64,000 nucleotides of DNA, from positions 2,070-66,069 of IMG/VR virus record IMGVR_UViG_3300032225_000827. One strand, given 5' to 3'. Below the pieces are notes generated by a model that ran no database searches, was not told the origin of the DNA, and was given only the letters and a program-made list of their open reading frames with translations. Shown piece after piece: positions 1-8,241 of this stretch; the first letter of the stretch is position 1; every line of letters begins with the position of its first letter. The DNA comes from a virus (lineage: Duplodnaviria; Caudoviricetes). The position numbers were made by a program, and so were the translations under genes.

Positions 1-2
1 TT

Positions 3-278
3 TTATGCATCGACATCATTGACAAGGATGATGTTAGAGAGTTAGACGCTGAGTACATGCAAGAGTATGGGGAGATGAAAGTCCTACCATTCGTGATGTC
101 AAAGAATCAATTCGATTTGGTTATCCGCTTCGGAATGACTCCGCTGATGGAGGACCTTATTCAGCAGATGACTGGAGTGGATGCTAAGGAGGTGATGAAG
201 ATGAGTGACGATGAGATAACAGGAACGATTGATGCGATGGATAAATTGAAGTTTAACAATGATGAAACAATAAACTAA
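3..278 (+). CDS. 5'-truncated hypothetical protein
   Basis: The frame of ORF 57..278 stays open back to the window edge (LCIDIIDKDDVRELDAEY-MQEY...). Its stop overlaps the recT start. Confidence 0.6.
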   Translation, partial: LCIDIIDKDDVRELDAEYMQEYGEMKVLPFVMSKNQFDLVIRFGMTPLMEDLIQQMTGVDAKEVMKMSDDEITGTIDAMDKLKFNNDETIN

Positions 279-1099
279 TGAGTACACAAGTAGCAACAGT
301 AAAGCAGGAAATGCAGAAGTTCGAGGCTCAAATGAAGGGCTATGAGGACACAATCTTGAAGTTAGTAGGTAACAAGTACGGAGTATCGGCAGATGAGTTC
401 GCTATCAGCGTAATGACAGCTGTGAAGAAGTCTCCGAAGCTATTGCAATGTGACCGTGCGTCATTATTCGCAGCGGTGCTTGTATCTGCTGAATTAAAGC
501 TTCGTTTCAACACTCCCGAAGGATTTGCCTATGTCATCCCATACGGAAAGGATGTTCAGTTCCAGATTGGTTACAAAGGATTGGTAGAGATTGCCTATCG
601 TAACCCACGAGTTAAGTCTATCTATGCCGGAGTTGTTTACAATGACGAGGTTGAGGCAGGAAAGTTCAAGTACTCTCGTGGTTTGAATCTAGTCCTTGAG
701 CATGACCCAATTATGAATCGCACTCCTGAGCAGGAGAAAGCTAAGAGGGTTCATTGCGCCTACGCTGTAATCAAGTTGGAAGGTGCTGACCCAATCATCG
801 AGGTTTTGGATGCTAATCAGCTTAACAAGATTAAGTCATTGTCTAAGGCTGGTGGTTCAGGATCATCTCCATACAACAATGGTACTGACGTAGCTGATTG
901 GATGTTCAAGAAGGCGGCTATCAAGCAGGCATTGAAGACCGTTCCTAAGCAAGGGGTTAGCGAGATTGCACGTGCAGTAGAGCTTGACGATAAACTATCA
1001 ACCGGTGGTAGAGCGAAAGTAAATGAGGAGAACGAGCTAATCATCGAGGATGTAGAGTTTACAGACCTTGAGGAAGCGAAAGATGATTTAATTTCGTAA
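278..1099 (+). CDS. recT: RecT-family ssDNA annealing recombinase
   Basis: 273 aa with typical RecT motifs: KLLQCDRASLFAAV, AYVIPY, QFQIGYKGLVEIAYR, AYAVIKL, MFKKAAIKQALK. Confidence 0.9.
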   Translation: MSTQVATVKQEMQKFEAQMKGYEDTILKLVGNKYGVSADEFAISVMTAVKKSPKLLQCDRASLFAAVLVSAELKLRFNTPEGFAYVIPYGKDVQFQIGYKGLVEIAYRNPRVKSIYAGVVYNDEVEAGKFKYSRGLNLVLEHDPIMNRTPEQEKAKRVHCAYAVIKLEGADPIIEVLDANQLNKIKSLSKAGGSGSSPYNNGTDVADWMFKKAAIKQALKTVPKQGVSEIARAVELDDKLSTGGRAKVNEENELIIEDVEFTDLEEAKDDLIS

Positions 1100-1109
1100 C
1101 AATTATTCG

Positions 1110-1117
1110 TATATTTG
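1110..1117 (+). promoter_or_regulatory. Bacteroidota sigma-A -7 box (TATATTTG)
   Basis: Exact TAnnTTTG, intergenic, 4 nt before ATG 1122. Confidence 0.65.
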
Positions 1118-1121
1118 CGAC

Positions 1122-1433
1122 ATGGACGAGATGGAAAAAAAGGAACCTGAGACTAAGCTCTTGGGTTCCGTTTCCCCTAACAAGGGACACAGAATATTTC
1201 AGTTGGATACTGAGACTGGAGAGGTGACAGAGGCTCATGTTGAGGCTAGGATTGTTGACCTACCCAACGGAAGGAAGGAGATCCGCAAACAAGTCTATGT
1301 GAGGGATAAGTTCCTTTACATATCTGCATTAAATAAGAAAAATGCTATCAAGCGATTTGCAAGGATGGCTGAAATGATTAAAAACGAAAACATTAAAAGC
1401 AATGAAACCATTGGGGAAGATGCTGAAGATTAA
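1122..1433 (+). CDS. hypothetical protein
   Basis: 103-aa ORF directly behind a promoter box, in operon orientation. Confidence 0.7.
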   Translation: MDEMEKKEPETKLLGSVSPNKGHRIFQLDTETGEVTEAHVEARIVDLPNGRKEIRKQVYVRDKFLYISALNKKNAIKRFARMAEMIKNENIKSNETIGEDAED

Positions 1434-1647
1434 GCCTGACTTGATTGAAAACAGCAACACGATACATACGCTAGGTAGCGCCAAGTTCTCTAACACAGGG
1501 ATGATTATAGAGATTGGTCCTGAGGTTAGCGAGTTCAAACCTGGGCAACAGATTCTATTCAAGAAGTTAATCCCATCAGAAGAGGATGGAAACCGATTTG
1601 GTTACATTCACGAGGATGATGTGCTAGGATTGATGATGAATAATTAG
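1402..1647 (+). CDS. groES: GroES-like co-chaperonin
   Basis: 81 aa matching the Cpn10 pattern: MKPLGKMLKIKP...GMIIEIGPEVSEFKPGQQILF...IHEDDVLG. Confidence 0.75.
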   Translation: MKPLGKMLKIKPDLIENSNTIHTLGSAKFSNTGMIIEIGPEVSEFKPGQQILFKKLIPSEEDGNRFGYIHEDDVLGLMMNN

Positions 1648-1707
1648 TAAAACTTTTGGTATTGATAAGATAAATTGTTTACTATCTTTACTAAAATTTT
1701 AACTGAA

Positions 1708-2559
1708 ATGCCAAACAACGGAATTATATCTAGATACGCAAATGTTCCTGATCAATTCAAGGTCAATACTACTACTGAATTTAACAATGAAACCGATATG
1801 GTTGTTGTTAATAAAACTTTAGAAGGTAGTAAAGTAGAACAAAAGGCTGTAACTCTAAACCAACTAGCAGGAATGGTGGGTGGTGGATCTCAAGGTCCGC
1901 AGGGTATTCAAGGTCCGCAAGGTCCTGCTGGTCCTGCTGTTCCTTCAGGGTTGAGTTGGAAAGGTTATTATGAACCAGAGACTAATTACGCATTAAATGA
2001 TGTTGTTACTTGGGTGAATCCTGATACGGATATTTTGGGTAGTTATTGGGTTACTGATGAAGCTGGTGTTTACAATGTGAATCCTACTGATGGAAGTGGT
2101 AATATAAATGAAGGATGGGCTTTCTTGGCTTCTCAAGGCGCTCAAGGTATTCAAGGTCCTGCTGGTCCTCAAGGAGAAGTTGGTCCACAGGGTCCTGCTG
2201 GTACTGCGACTTTTCCATATAAAGAATTTATAGGTCGTGCAGTATTTGGACCTGGTCTAGGAGGTTATTTATTTCAGGGTTATACAACGTTAAATGCAGG
2301 TATTTCTGCCTCTAGAGAATCAGCAGGAGTATACACATACACTTTTATTAATACATCAGATTTTAACGGAATTCTTTCTAAATATACTTTTGATCTTAAT
2401 ATTCGTTCAAATTCTGGAACTATTTATCATGTTTTACATTATAATGGATCAAATTCTATTAGTGTAAGTATATATACAGTAAATCCTGATACAGGAGAAT
2501 ATCTTCTTGCTGACCCAGTAGGAGATCAAGCTACGCTTTATTACAGGAAATACAACTAA
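1708..2559 (+). CDS. collagen-repeat fibre/decoration-like protein
   Basis: Two Gly-X-Y tracts (GPQGIQGPQGPAGP) flank a W-x-G-x-Y/W...Y-x-L-N-D-V-V module. ATG 1708 (MPNNGIISRY) is preferred over the TTG at 1675. Confidence 0.65.
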   Translation: MPNNGIISRYANVPDQFKVNTTTEFNNETDMVVVNKTLEGSKVEQKAVTLNQLAGMVGGGSQGPQGIQGPQGPAGPAVPSGLSWKGYYEPETNYALNDVVTWVNPDTDILGSYWVTDEAGVYNVNPTDGSGNINEGWAFLASQGAQGIQGPAGPQGEVGPQGPAGTATFPYKEFIGRAVFGPGLGGYLFQGYTTLNAGISASRESAGVYTYTFINTSDFNGILSKYTFDLNIRSNSGTIYHVLHYNGSNSISVSIYTVNPDTGEYLLADPVGDQATLYYRKYN

Positions 2560-2570
2560 TAACTAAGTAT

Positions 2571-3071
2571 ATGCCTAACAACGGAATCATATCAAAATAT
2601 GGTAATATTTCAAGCCAATTCATAGTTGAAACGGCTGAAAGTACAGACCTAGTGATTATCAATACTCCGTTAACAGGATCTAAGGTTAATCAAAAAGCTA
2701 TACCTGTATCTGCTCTTGGTGGTGGTCCTGCTACTTTGCCATTCAATTCATTTGTTTATTGTTTGGAATTATCTGGAATATCAAATGATTCTTTTGTAGT
2801 ATATGATGATTTTCCTTCTAGCTTGGGTTACTTTTCAGTATCTGTTTTTACTGGATTAACACCTTTAGATATTGTAAATGTTCAGGTAAATTGGATTGGA
2901 GATTCAATAGTTGATTTAAGAACTTGCTTTTTTTCATTAGAGAGTTCTATTGTATTATCTTCATCCACTATGTTAAAAAATGGATCTAATATTGGTTTTT
3001 CGATATCAGATGCAACTGTTTTACAGACACCTGCTTTATTTGAATTAAGAGTTTATAATTTAAATCCATAA
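2571..3071 (+). CDS. paralog sharing the N-terminal domain of 1708..2559
   Basis: Starts MPNNGIISKYGNISSQF and contains GSKVNQKAI, versus MPNNGIISRYANVPDQF and GSKVEQKAV in the upstream gene. Confidence 0.65.
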   Translation: MPNNGIISKYGNISSQFIVETAESTDLVIINTPLTGSKVNQKAIPVSALGGGPATLPFNSFVYCLELSGISNDSFVVYDDFPSSLGYFSVSVFTGLTPLDIVNVQVNWIGDSIVDLRTCFFSLESSIVLSSSTMLKNGSNIGFSISDATVLQTPALFELRVYNLNP

Positions 3072-3075
3072 TAAT

Positions 3076-3195
3076 ATGAAATACACTAGCAAAACTGCAA
3101 AGAAGTCTATGCCTAAGGTAAAGACTAAGGGAATGAACCCTAACAAGATTGTCGATAATCCATCAAAAGCCGCCAAAACTGGTGGAAAATGCTAG
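3076..3195 (+). CDS. small basic protein (39 aa)
   Basis: Read from the sequence: MKYTSKTAKKSMPKVKTKGMNPNKIVDNPSKAAKTGGKC. It fills the gap between neighbours and is below the ORF-track cutoff. Confidence 0.5.
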   Translation: MKYTSKTAKKSMPKVKTKGMNPNKIVDNPSKAAKTGGKC

Positions 3196-3216
3196 ATTTG
3201 GCGAAATATAAAATAG

Positions 3217-3480
3217 ATGGCTAAGTCAGCAGCATGGACTCGTAAAGAAGGAAAGAATGAAAAAGGTGGATTGAACGCCAAGGGTAGAGCTTCATACAAT
3301 AAAGCTACCGGTGGTAATCTTAAACCTCCTGCTCCTAAACCAAAGACAGAGAAGGATGCTAAGAGACGCAAGTCATTCTGTTCAAGAATGGAAGGTATGA
3401 AGAAGAAGCTTACCTCCGCTAAGACAGCTAAAGATCCAAACAGCAGAATCAATAAGAGCCTTAGAGCTTGGAATTGCTAA
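3217..3480 (+). CDS. basic conserved phage protein (DUF6321-like)
   Basis: AWTRKEGKNEKGGLNAKGRAS...RRKSFCSRM...DPNSRINKSLRAWNC pattern, recognised from a widespread phage family. Confidence 0.65.
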   Translation: MAKSAAWTRKEGKNEKGGLNAKGRASYNKATGGNLKPPAPKPKTEKDAKRRKSFCSRMEGMKKKLTSAKTAKDPNSRINKSLRAWNC

Positions 3481-3773
3481 TGATTAAAGTAAAGTTCTTT
3501 ACACAAGACGATTATCACAGACACGAAGGGTTAATTGATTTCAATATAGCCCAGTCTGGATATTTATTACATTGGGGTAGCTACAACTCGGATACCGTTG
3601 CTTTCGTTAGAGACTATGAAGGTAAGGTCTATATGATAGCGCCTGAGTGGGTTAAATACGAGGAAGATCCTGTCGGGATACTTTACTCAAGGTTGTCTGA
3701 CTTATTTGGTAGAGTAGCTCCTATGGAGATGATTGATGAGATGAAAGCTATCTTAAACAAATACCTATCTTAA
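3468..3773 (+). CDS. hypothetical protein
   Basis: ORF tightly coupled to its neighbours by stop/start overlaps. Confidence 0.6.
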   Translation: MELLMIKVKFFTQDDYHRHEGLIDFNIAQSGYLLHWGSYNSDTVAFVRDYEGKVYMIAPEWVKYEEDPVGILYSRLSDLFGRVAPMEMIDEMKAILNKYLS

Positions 3774-4282
3774 TGCCAAGAAAAGCAAAGGCAACATATA
3801 AAGGAACTGTGAAGAGGAATTACTCCAAACGCAGTACGTCAGGCAAGATTAAATCAAACAAGCAAACCGTAGATGGGATTAAGTTCGCCTCCCAACTTGA
3901 AGCCTTCACATACAACAAGCTTAAAGATGCAGGGCTAGAATTTGATTACGAGCCAAGAAGCTACGAGATATTCCCAGGGTTTACTTACATCGGAGATACT
4001 TGGGAGCAGGTTGGTAAGAAACCAGACCTTGAAAACAAGGGGATGAGAAGGGTACTCCCGATTACATACACCCCTGACTTTGTAGCCAAGGATGAAAGTT
4101 GGGTAATTGAATGTAAAGGCTTCGCAAATGAAAGGTTCCCATACGTCTGGAAGATGTTTAAGCAGAAGCTAATGGATGACAGTCGTGGTAAGATAACACC
4201 ACCACCTCCAACGCTGTTCATACCTAAGAATCAGAAGCAAGTCCTGTTCTGTATTGAACAGATACTGAAATTAAATTGTTGA
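3773..4282 (+). CDS. PD-(D/E)XK endonuclease, T7 endonuclease I/resolvase-like
   Basis: FASQLEAFTY...FDYEP...YTPDF...VIECKG catalytic signature. Confidence 0.8.
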   Translation: MPRKAKATYKGTVKRNYSKRSTSGKIKSNKQTVDGIKFASQLEAFTYNKLKDAGLEFDYEPRSYEIFPGFTYIGDTWEQVGKKPDLENKGMRRVLPITYTPDFVAKDESWVIECKGFANERFPYVWKMFKQKLMDDSRGKITPPPPTLFIPKNQKQVLFCIEQILKLNC

Positions 4283-4325
4283 TAATTTTCAGAAAATAAA
4301 TTTACGATATAAGAGTTTATTTTTA

Positions 4326-4333
4326 TATCTTTG
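4326..4333 (+). promoter_or_regulatory. sigma-A -7 box (TATCTTTG)
   Basis: Exact TAnnTTTG in the AT-rich gap before ATG 4351. Confidence 0.65.
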
Positions 4334-4350
4334 TCCCCGAACAATAACAA

Positions 4351-4776
4351 ATGAGTATGGTAAAAACAATTAGAGATTGGTTTGAACTCCTGCCTGATAA
4401 TGGGTTGAGAGAGTTAGCCATAAAGAACACATCGAATCGTAATCTGAGATTGGGTGTAGGAGATTTAGCTACGGCTTTGGAGTTGGCTTTTGATTGGAAT
4501 AAATCCTCAGTTCCTGACCGAGCGTTTTGGGAGGAGGTTCATGAGAAGGCTTGTAATGGTTACTATGAGATTACATTTGGTTCTCCTTCTAAAACTTTAG
4601 CAGCTGTGATGGATGACTTGAAATTGAGAGAGATGCGAGGTCTTGGTAAGTATAAGACAACTGTGGATAGAAAGGACCTTGAGTTGAGGGACTGGTTACA
4701 GCACGCATACGAGGAGGTTCTTGACGAGGCAATGTATTTGAAGCGAGCAATAACTTTGATAGATGAACAAAATTGA
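4351..4776 (+). CDS. hypothetical protein with a conserved helical C-terminal phage domain
   Basis: C-terminal RGLGKYKTTVDRKDL...WLQHAYEEVLDEAMYLKR is a motif common in phage nucleotide-metabolism regions. Function not assigned. Confidence 0.55.
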   Translation: MSMVKTIRDWFELLPDNGLRELAIKNTSNRNLRLGVGDLATALELAFDWNKSSVPDRAFWEEVHEKACNGYYEITFGSPSKTLAAVMDDLKLREMRGLGKYKTTVDRKDLELRDWLQHAYEEVLDEAMYLKRAITLIDEQN

Positions 4777-5026
4777 CGAGGCATACAAGGAAATCATCAT
4801 GGAGATGATGAAGATAGCAGGGTATGATATATCTTACGAGGATTTGTTGAATGAGAAAGATGGATGGTGGGCAAGATATACCATGACCCAAGCTCAAAGA
4901 GATCAGTGGGTTGACTTTTCAGTTAACTTGCTAAGGACTAAGTTAAGGTGGAGTAAGAGAAAATCGGTTGATCAGATGAAATGGGTTGACCTAATGTGGG
5001 GATTGAAAGTTGTAGAAAAAGATTAG
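4763..5026 (+). CDS. hypothetical protein
   Basis: 87-aa ORF overlapping the upstream gene. Confidence 0.6.
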   Translation: MNKIDEAYKEIIMEMMKIAGYDISYEDLLNEKDGWWARYTMTQAQRDQWVDFSVNLLRTKLRWSKRKSVDQMKWVDLMWGLKVVEKD

Positions 5027-5221
5027 CTCCGTTGGCCAGGAGATCGTAAAACACGGAAAGCCTCTGACATAAGCTCAAATTACCGTTCTCATCGTATAGG
5101 AGATAGAGTTAGCCTTCTCAACGTCGTTTAAAAAGGCAAAATGTACCACGCAAAAAACCATAAGAACTTCTGCGTTCAGTAATGATAAAGTTAGCCTTCT
5201 TTAGGTCTAAAAAGGCAACAT

Positions 5222-5285
5222 AGCGCAGTGGCGGAAGGGTAAACGCACTATTTCAGCAGTAGGTTCGAGTCCTACCTGCGCTGCA
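5222..5285 (+). tRNA. tRNA-like RNA with a collapsed anticodon arm (no assignable anticodon)
   Basis: Acceptor AGCGCAG/CTGCGCT (5222-28/5276-82), U8, D arm GCG-GAAGGGTAAA-CGC, T arm GTAGG-TTCGAGT-CCTAC. Only 11 nt (CTATTTCAGCA) lie between the D and T arms. Confidence 0.75.
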
Positions 5286-5453
5286 AACTTAAATAATATG
5301 ATTGGATTAATTATACTTAATGTATTTGTTTTATGGTTAATGATTACAGAAGGAAATATTTTTCTCCGTAAAAACAATAAAAATGGAGATTCAACGCATC
5401 AAAGTATAGACTTATAATCTTGTTTATAATACAAACTTTTAAACCAAAATATA

Positions 5454-5609
5454 ATGCCAGACATTTCATTATGTAAAAACTATCTCTGCCCATTGTCAGA
5501 GAAGTGTTATAGGTTCACAGCAAAGCCTAATCCTCATTGGCAATCATACGCTGCATTTGAGCCTGAAGAAGATGGGACTTGTCTTTACTTTATCAACGCT
5601 GATAAATGA
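5454..5609 (+). CDS. small Cys-rich protein (51 aa)
   Basis: Read from the sequence: MPDISLCKNYLCPLSEKCYRFTAKPNPHWQSY...CLYFINADK. Stop overlaps the next start. Confidence 0.6.
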   Translation: MPDISLCKNYLCPLSEKCYRFTAKPNPHWQSYAAFEPEEDGTCLYFINADK

Positions 5610-5836
5610 AGAAGTGTTTCACTTGTAACATAAGGTTTCCGTTATTTATGTTTGGGAAGACCAACATGAAGTATCAACGTGAAAGCGATAAAGGCAGAGT
5701 AAAGGTCTGCCGTATCTGTGAATACAAAAGGTGGAATAAAGTTCGAGAGGCTTGGATGTTTAATTTCAGCATAAGAAAGTTTGAGAAGATAACATTTGAG
5801 AGTAGATGGGATATATTTAAAAGAGTAATAAAATGA
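5606..5836 (+). CDS. small protein with two CxxC motifs
   Basis: CFTC and CRIC pairs, a possible zinc ribbon. Confidence 0.55.
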   Translation: MKKCFTCNIRFPLFMFGKTNMKYQRESDKGRVKVCRICEYKRWNKVREAWMFNFSIRKFEKITFESRWDIFKRVIK

Positions 5837-6216
5837 ATAAACAATTAAAACAAGTAGGAGATTTCCAAAAGGCTTTTGGAGGTTTTATCGGAGAGGGACC
5901 AAGCTTCCCCCCATTAGAGAGATGTGTGTTGCGCCAAAAGCTATTGCAGGAGGAAGTGTTAGAGCTTCACGAGGCTTGGAGTAGTGAAGATATTGTAGAG
6001 GTAGCAGACGCTATTACAGACTGCTTATACATACTTTTCGGTACAGCAATAGAGTTTGGATTACAGGATAAGTTAGAGGCTTTCTTTGACGAGGTTCACG
6101 GATCTAATATGAGCAAGCTGAATGAGTATGGGAAGCCTATCTACCGAGAAGATGGTAAGGTGATGAAGGGGCCGTTCTATTACAAACCAAACCTAAAGAA
6201 GATTATCAATGAGTAA
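5833..6216 (+). CDS. MazG-like/PRA-PH all-alpha NTP pyrophosphohydrolase
   Basis: VGDFQKAFG...LLQEEVLEL...EVADAITDCLYILFG...FDEVHGSNMSKL...REDGKVMKGP signature. Confidence 0.85.
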   Translation: MNKQLKQVGDFQKAFGGFIGEGPSFPPLERCVLRQKLLQEEVLELHEAWSSEDIVEVADAITDCLYILFGTAIEFGLQDKLEAFFDEVHGSNMSKLNEYGKPIYREDGKVMKGPFYYKPNLKKIINE

Positions 6217-6577
6217 TATAAATGAGTTGAGCGAGAAGGACCAGGAGGAAAGAATCCGAGTACTCCAGTTCCTAATGTGGGCGCAAGTAACAGTATATGC
6301 TGCTGATAACTGTGAAGGAATATCATGGTTCAATAGAAACCAAACCAAGAACTTACTGAAGAGAACAATAACACAGATAGAGAAGGAGCATGGAGGGGCT
6401 ATAAAAGCCTTGTGGGATGTTCAAGACTCTGACATCATGATGGGGGTTACAAAAGCTATGGATGAGTTTGTTCATACAATAGCAGAGATTCCTTACTGGG
6501 AATTAACAAACTTAACAAGCGTTGTTAGTAACTTTAAAAAAGAGTTAGAACTTGAGGAAAAACTCGTAAAAACTTAA
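6209..6577 (+). CDS. hypothetical protein
   Basis: 122-aa ORF, last of the + strand block. Confidence 0.65.
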   Translation: MSNINELSEKDQEERIRVLQFLMWAQVTVYAADNCEGISWFNRNQTKNLLKRTITQIEKEHGGAIKALWDVQDSDIMMGVTKAMDEFVHTIAEIPYWELTNLTSVVSNFKKELELEEKLVKT

Positions 6578-6610
6578 TTTGCAAAAGACAGAGTAGGCAT
6601 CTTAATTTTG
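6578..6610 (+). promoter_or_regulatory. sigma-A promoter (-33 TTTG, 21-nt spacer, -7 TAATTTTG)
   Basis: TTTG at 6578-81 and TAATTTTG at 6603-10 match the Bacteroides consensus. No ORF follows before the terminator. Confidence 0.65.
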
Positions 6611-6614
6611 TGCA

Positions 6615-6688
6615 GTTCGGTTTGTTTTTTACTTGTTTTCGTTTGTGTTTATTGTTTAAGAGAGAGGTGTAATAGCCTCTCTTTTTTT
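6615..6688 (+). ncRNA. candidate U-rich small RNA
   Basis: About 75 nt between a consensus promoter and an intrinsic terminator, G/U-rich, with no ORF. Confidence 0.45.
6661..6688 (+). terminator. intrinsic terminator
   Basis: AGAGAGG-tgtaatag-CCTCTCT followed by a T run, located at the convergence of the + and - gene blocks. Confidence 0.8.
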
Positions 6689-7091
6689 ATATAGCAACGG
6701 ATACAAACAGGAGTAGTCCTGCACCGGTAAGAATCGTAGCCATCCTCCACTTTCTTTTACGGTCTAGTTCAAGCTCATACTTTTCTACTATCATCTGCTT
6801 TTCTGTAGCGTGGAGTTTCTTTTGCGTTTCATATAACGTAACCAACGATTTGTATTTCTGCTTCTGAACCTCGTAGTTGATAGATAATGAATCTTGCAGG
6901 ATAGACTTCTCTTGAAGGTAATTCATGCGCTTAAACGTAGCGGAAATGAGAAATGCTTGGTATGAATTAATGGTGAAAGAAGTATCCTTTCTCCCAGAGT
7001 CCTGACATGGAGTCAAGGTCTTTTGACAAGTTGCTGAAACGAGCAGAGTCATTGTCAAGATAGCTGTTGTAAATATTCGTTTGATATTCAT
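6687..7091 (-). CDS. spanin-like membrane protein
   Basis: Hydrophobic N-terminus followed by Cys, a coiled-coil middle and a hydrophobic C-terminus. Overlaps the upstream gene at the end of the lysis cassette. Confidence 0.5.
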   Translation of the reverse strand: MNIKRIFTTAILTMTLLVSATCQKTLTPCQDSGRKDTSFTINSYQAFLISATFKRMNYLQEKSILQDSLSINYEVQKQKYKSLVTLYETQKKLHATEKQMIVEKYELELDRKRKWRMATILTGAGLLLFVSVAI

Positions 7092-7317
7092 TATATTCTT
7101 TATTTATCTGCGAATTAATCTTTGCCTGAAGCTTATCTAAGCTATCAATGCTGTTGTTCAAAGAGTCCATCTTCTGCTGATTCTGCATCATGACCTGAAC
7201 AAGGGGATCTGTTAATACAGGGCTTGGTATTCTTTTCATTGTCGAGTACTGCAAGTATATACAAACACCCAAAAGAATTATTGTAACAATCCACTTATAG
7301 TCAATTTTATTTTCCAT
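6967..7317 (-). CDS. i-spanin-like protein
   Basis: N-terminal TM (WIVTIILLGVCIYL) plus coiled coil, downstream of holin and endolysin. Confidence 0.55.
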   Translation of the reverse strand: MENKIDYKWIVTIILLGVCIYLQYSTMKRIPSPVLTDPLVQVMMQNQQKMDSLNNSIDSLDKLQAKINSQINKEYNEYQTNIYNSYLDNDSARFSNLSKDLDSMSGLWEKGYFFHH

Positions 7318-7531
7318 TGCGATTGAATATCTTTTCTATTACTGTTAATGTCAATCCACCCCCTGCAATTAAACATAGAGCATCGTACATAAACTCAGGG
7401 GTAATCCAATTCTTATTGAACGTGGCTAAGAAAGCCATGATGATTACAGCTATTAGTGACAAGAAAGCTGCAAGTCTTTTGGAAGACTCTGGAGATTCTG
7501 CGCTTAGAATATTCTTTATGAAGTTAATCAT
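7307..7531 (-). CDS. holin-like protein (2 TM)
   Basis: ESSKRLAAFLSLIAVIIMAF and LCLIAGGGLTLTVIEK segments, basic C-terminus, in the lysis cassette. Confidence 0.65.
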   Translation of the reverse strand: MINFIKNILSAESPESSKRLAAFLSLIAVIIMAFLATFNKNWITPEFMYDALCLIAGGGLTLTVIEKIFNRNGK

Positions 7532-7700
7532 GTTGCTTGTTTTTTCTTACCTCGTCATTTAATCTCTCCAATCTTTTGATTACCCTCTCCTTTTCAACCT
7601 CACTTCTCTGCCACATTTTAAATATCATAAAAGCCATAGCAAGGCACAAAGCGCCTAGCACACCATAATCTAAAAATTCACTTATTATGCTCTGTTCCAT
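7524..7700 (-). CDS. small single-TM protein (holin/antiholin-like)
   Basis: YGVLGALCLAMAFMIFKMW TM followed by a charged helix. Confidence 0.5.
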   Translation of the reverse strand: MEQSIISEFLDYGVLGALCLAMAFMIFKMWQRSEVEKERVIKRLERLNDEVRKNKQHD

Positions 7701-7769
7701 CTGAGTTCTTATCAACTATGTAAATAGCGAATGTGATTATAGCAGACACAACTGCAATCATTGGCATTA

Positions 7770-8240
7770 TTACTTCCATATCTCGTAAACCGTTTTTCCG
7801 TTTCTCTTTACAGCTCTCAATATCTGCTTCTTATTGCTACCCTTCTTGTAACTAACATGAACCCAGTCTGGTTCAGCAGTATTTCCAAACTCCCAAATCA
7901 ACTGCTTAAATTCGAGGTTATCCTTGATGTAGTGGAATATCTCACTATTCTTCTTACCTCCAAATCTATCGCAATCCAAATCAAAGGCGCATCCAATAGA
8001 ATGGTCTGAAGTGGCTGAGGCTCCAGGAGTGGCATCATTCAAATCCTTACTTCTGTAGCCTGAGCTAATAAACAATGGACCACCAACCCATTCACGAACC
8101 TTGTCAAACACCTCCACGGATAAAGTCTTTATGTTTTCCAAATGCTCAGGAGTTGGAGAGTTGTCAATTCCTAATCTCTTGGCATTGTCTGAATGAATAA
8201 CTTCAGATAAAGAAACGTATTTGCTTAATTTCTCTGACAT
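7770..8240 (-). CDS. endolysin, peptidase M15A family
   Basis: SSGYRS...SDHSIGCAFDL...WVHVSY zinc-peptidase motifs. Likely start is ATG 8240 (MSEKLSKY), abutting the upstream stop. Confidence 0.85.
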   Translation of the reverse strand: MSEKLSKYVSLSEVIHSDNAKRLGIDNSPTPEHLENIKTLSVEVFDKVREWVGGPLFISSGYRSKDLNDATPGASATSDHSIGCAFDLDCDRFGGKKNSEIFHYIKDNLEFKQLIWEFGNTAEPDWVHVSYKKGSNKKQILRAVKRNGKTVYEIWK

Positions 8241-8241
8241 A

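Noticed and set aside
5222-5285. Functional decoding tRNA
   Set aside because: No 5-bp stem with 7-nt anticodon loop can be drawn from the 11 available nucleotides.
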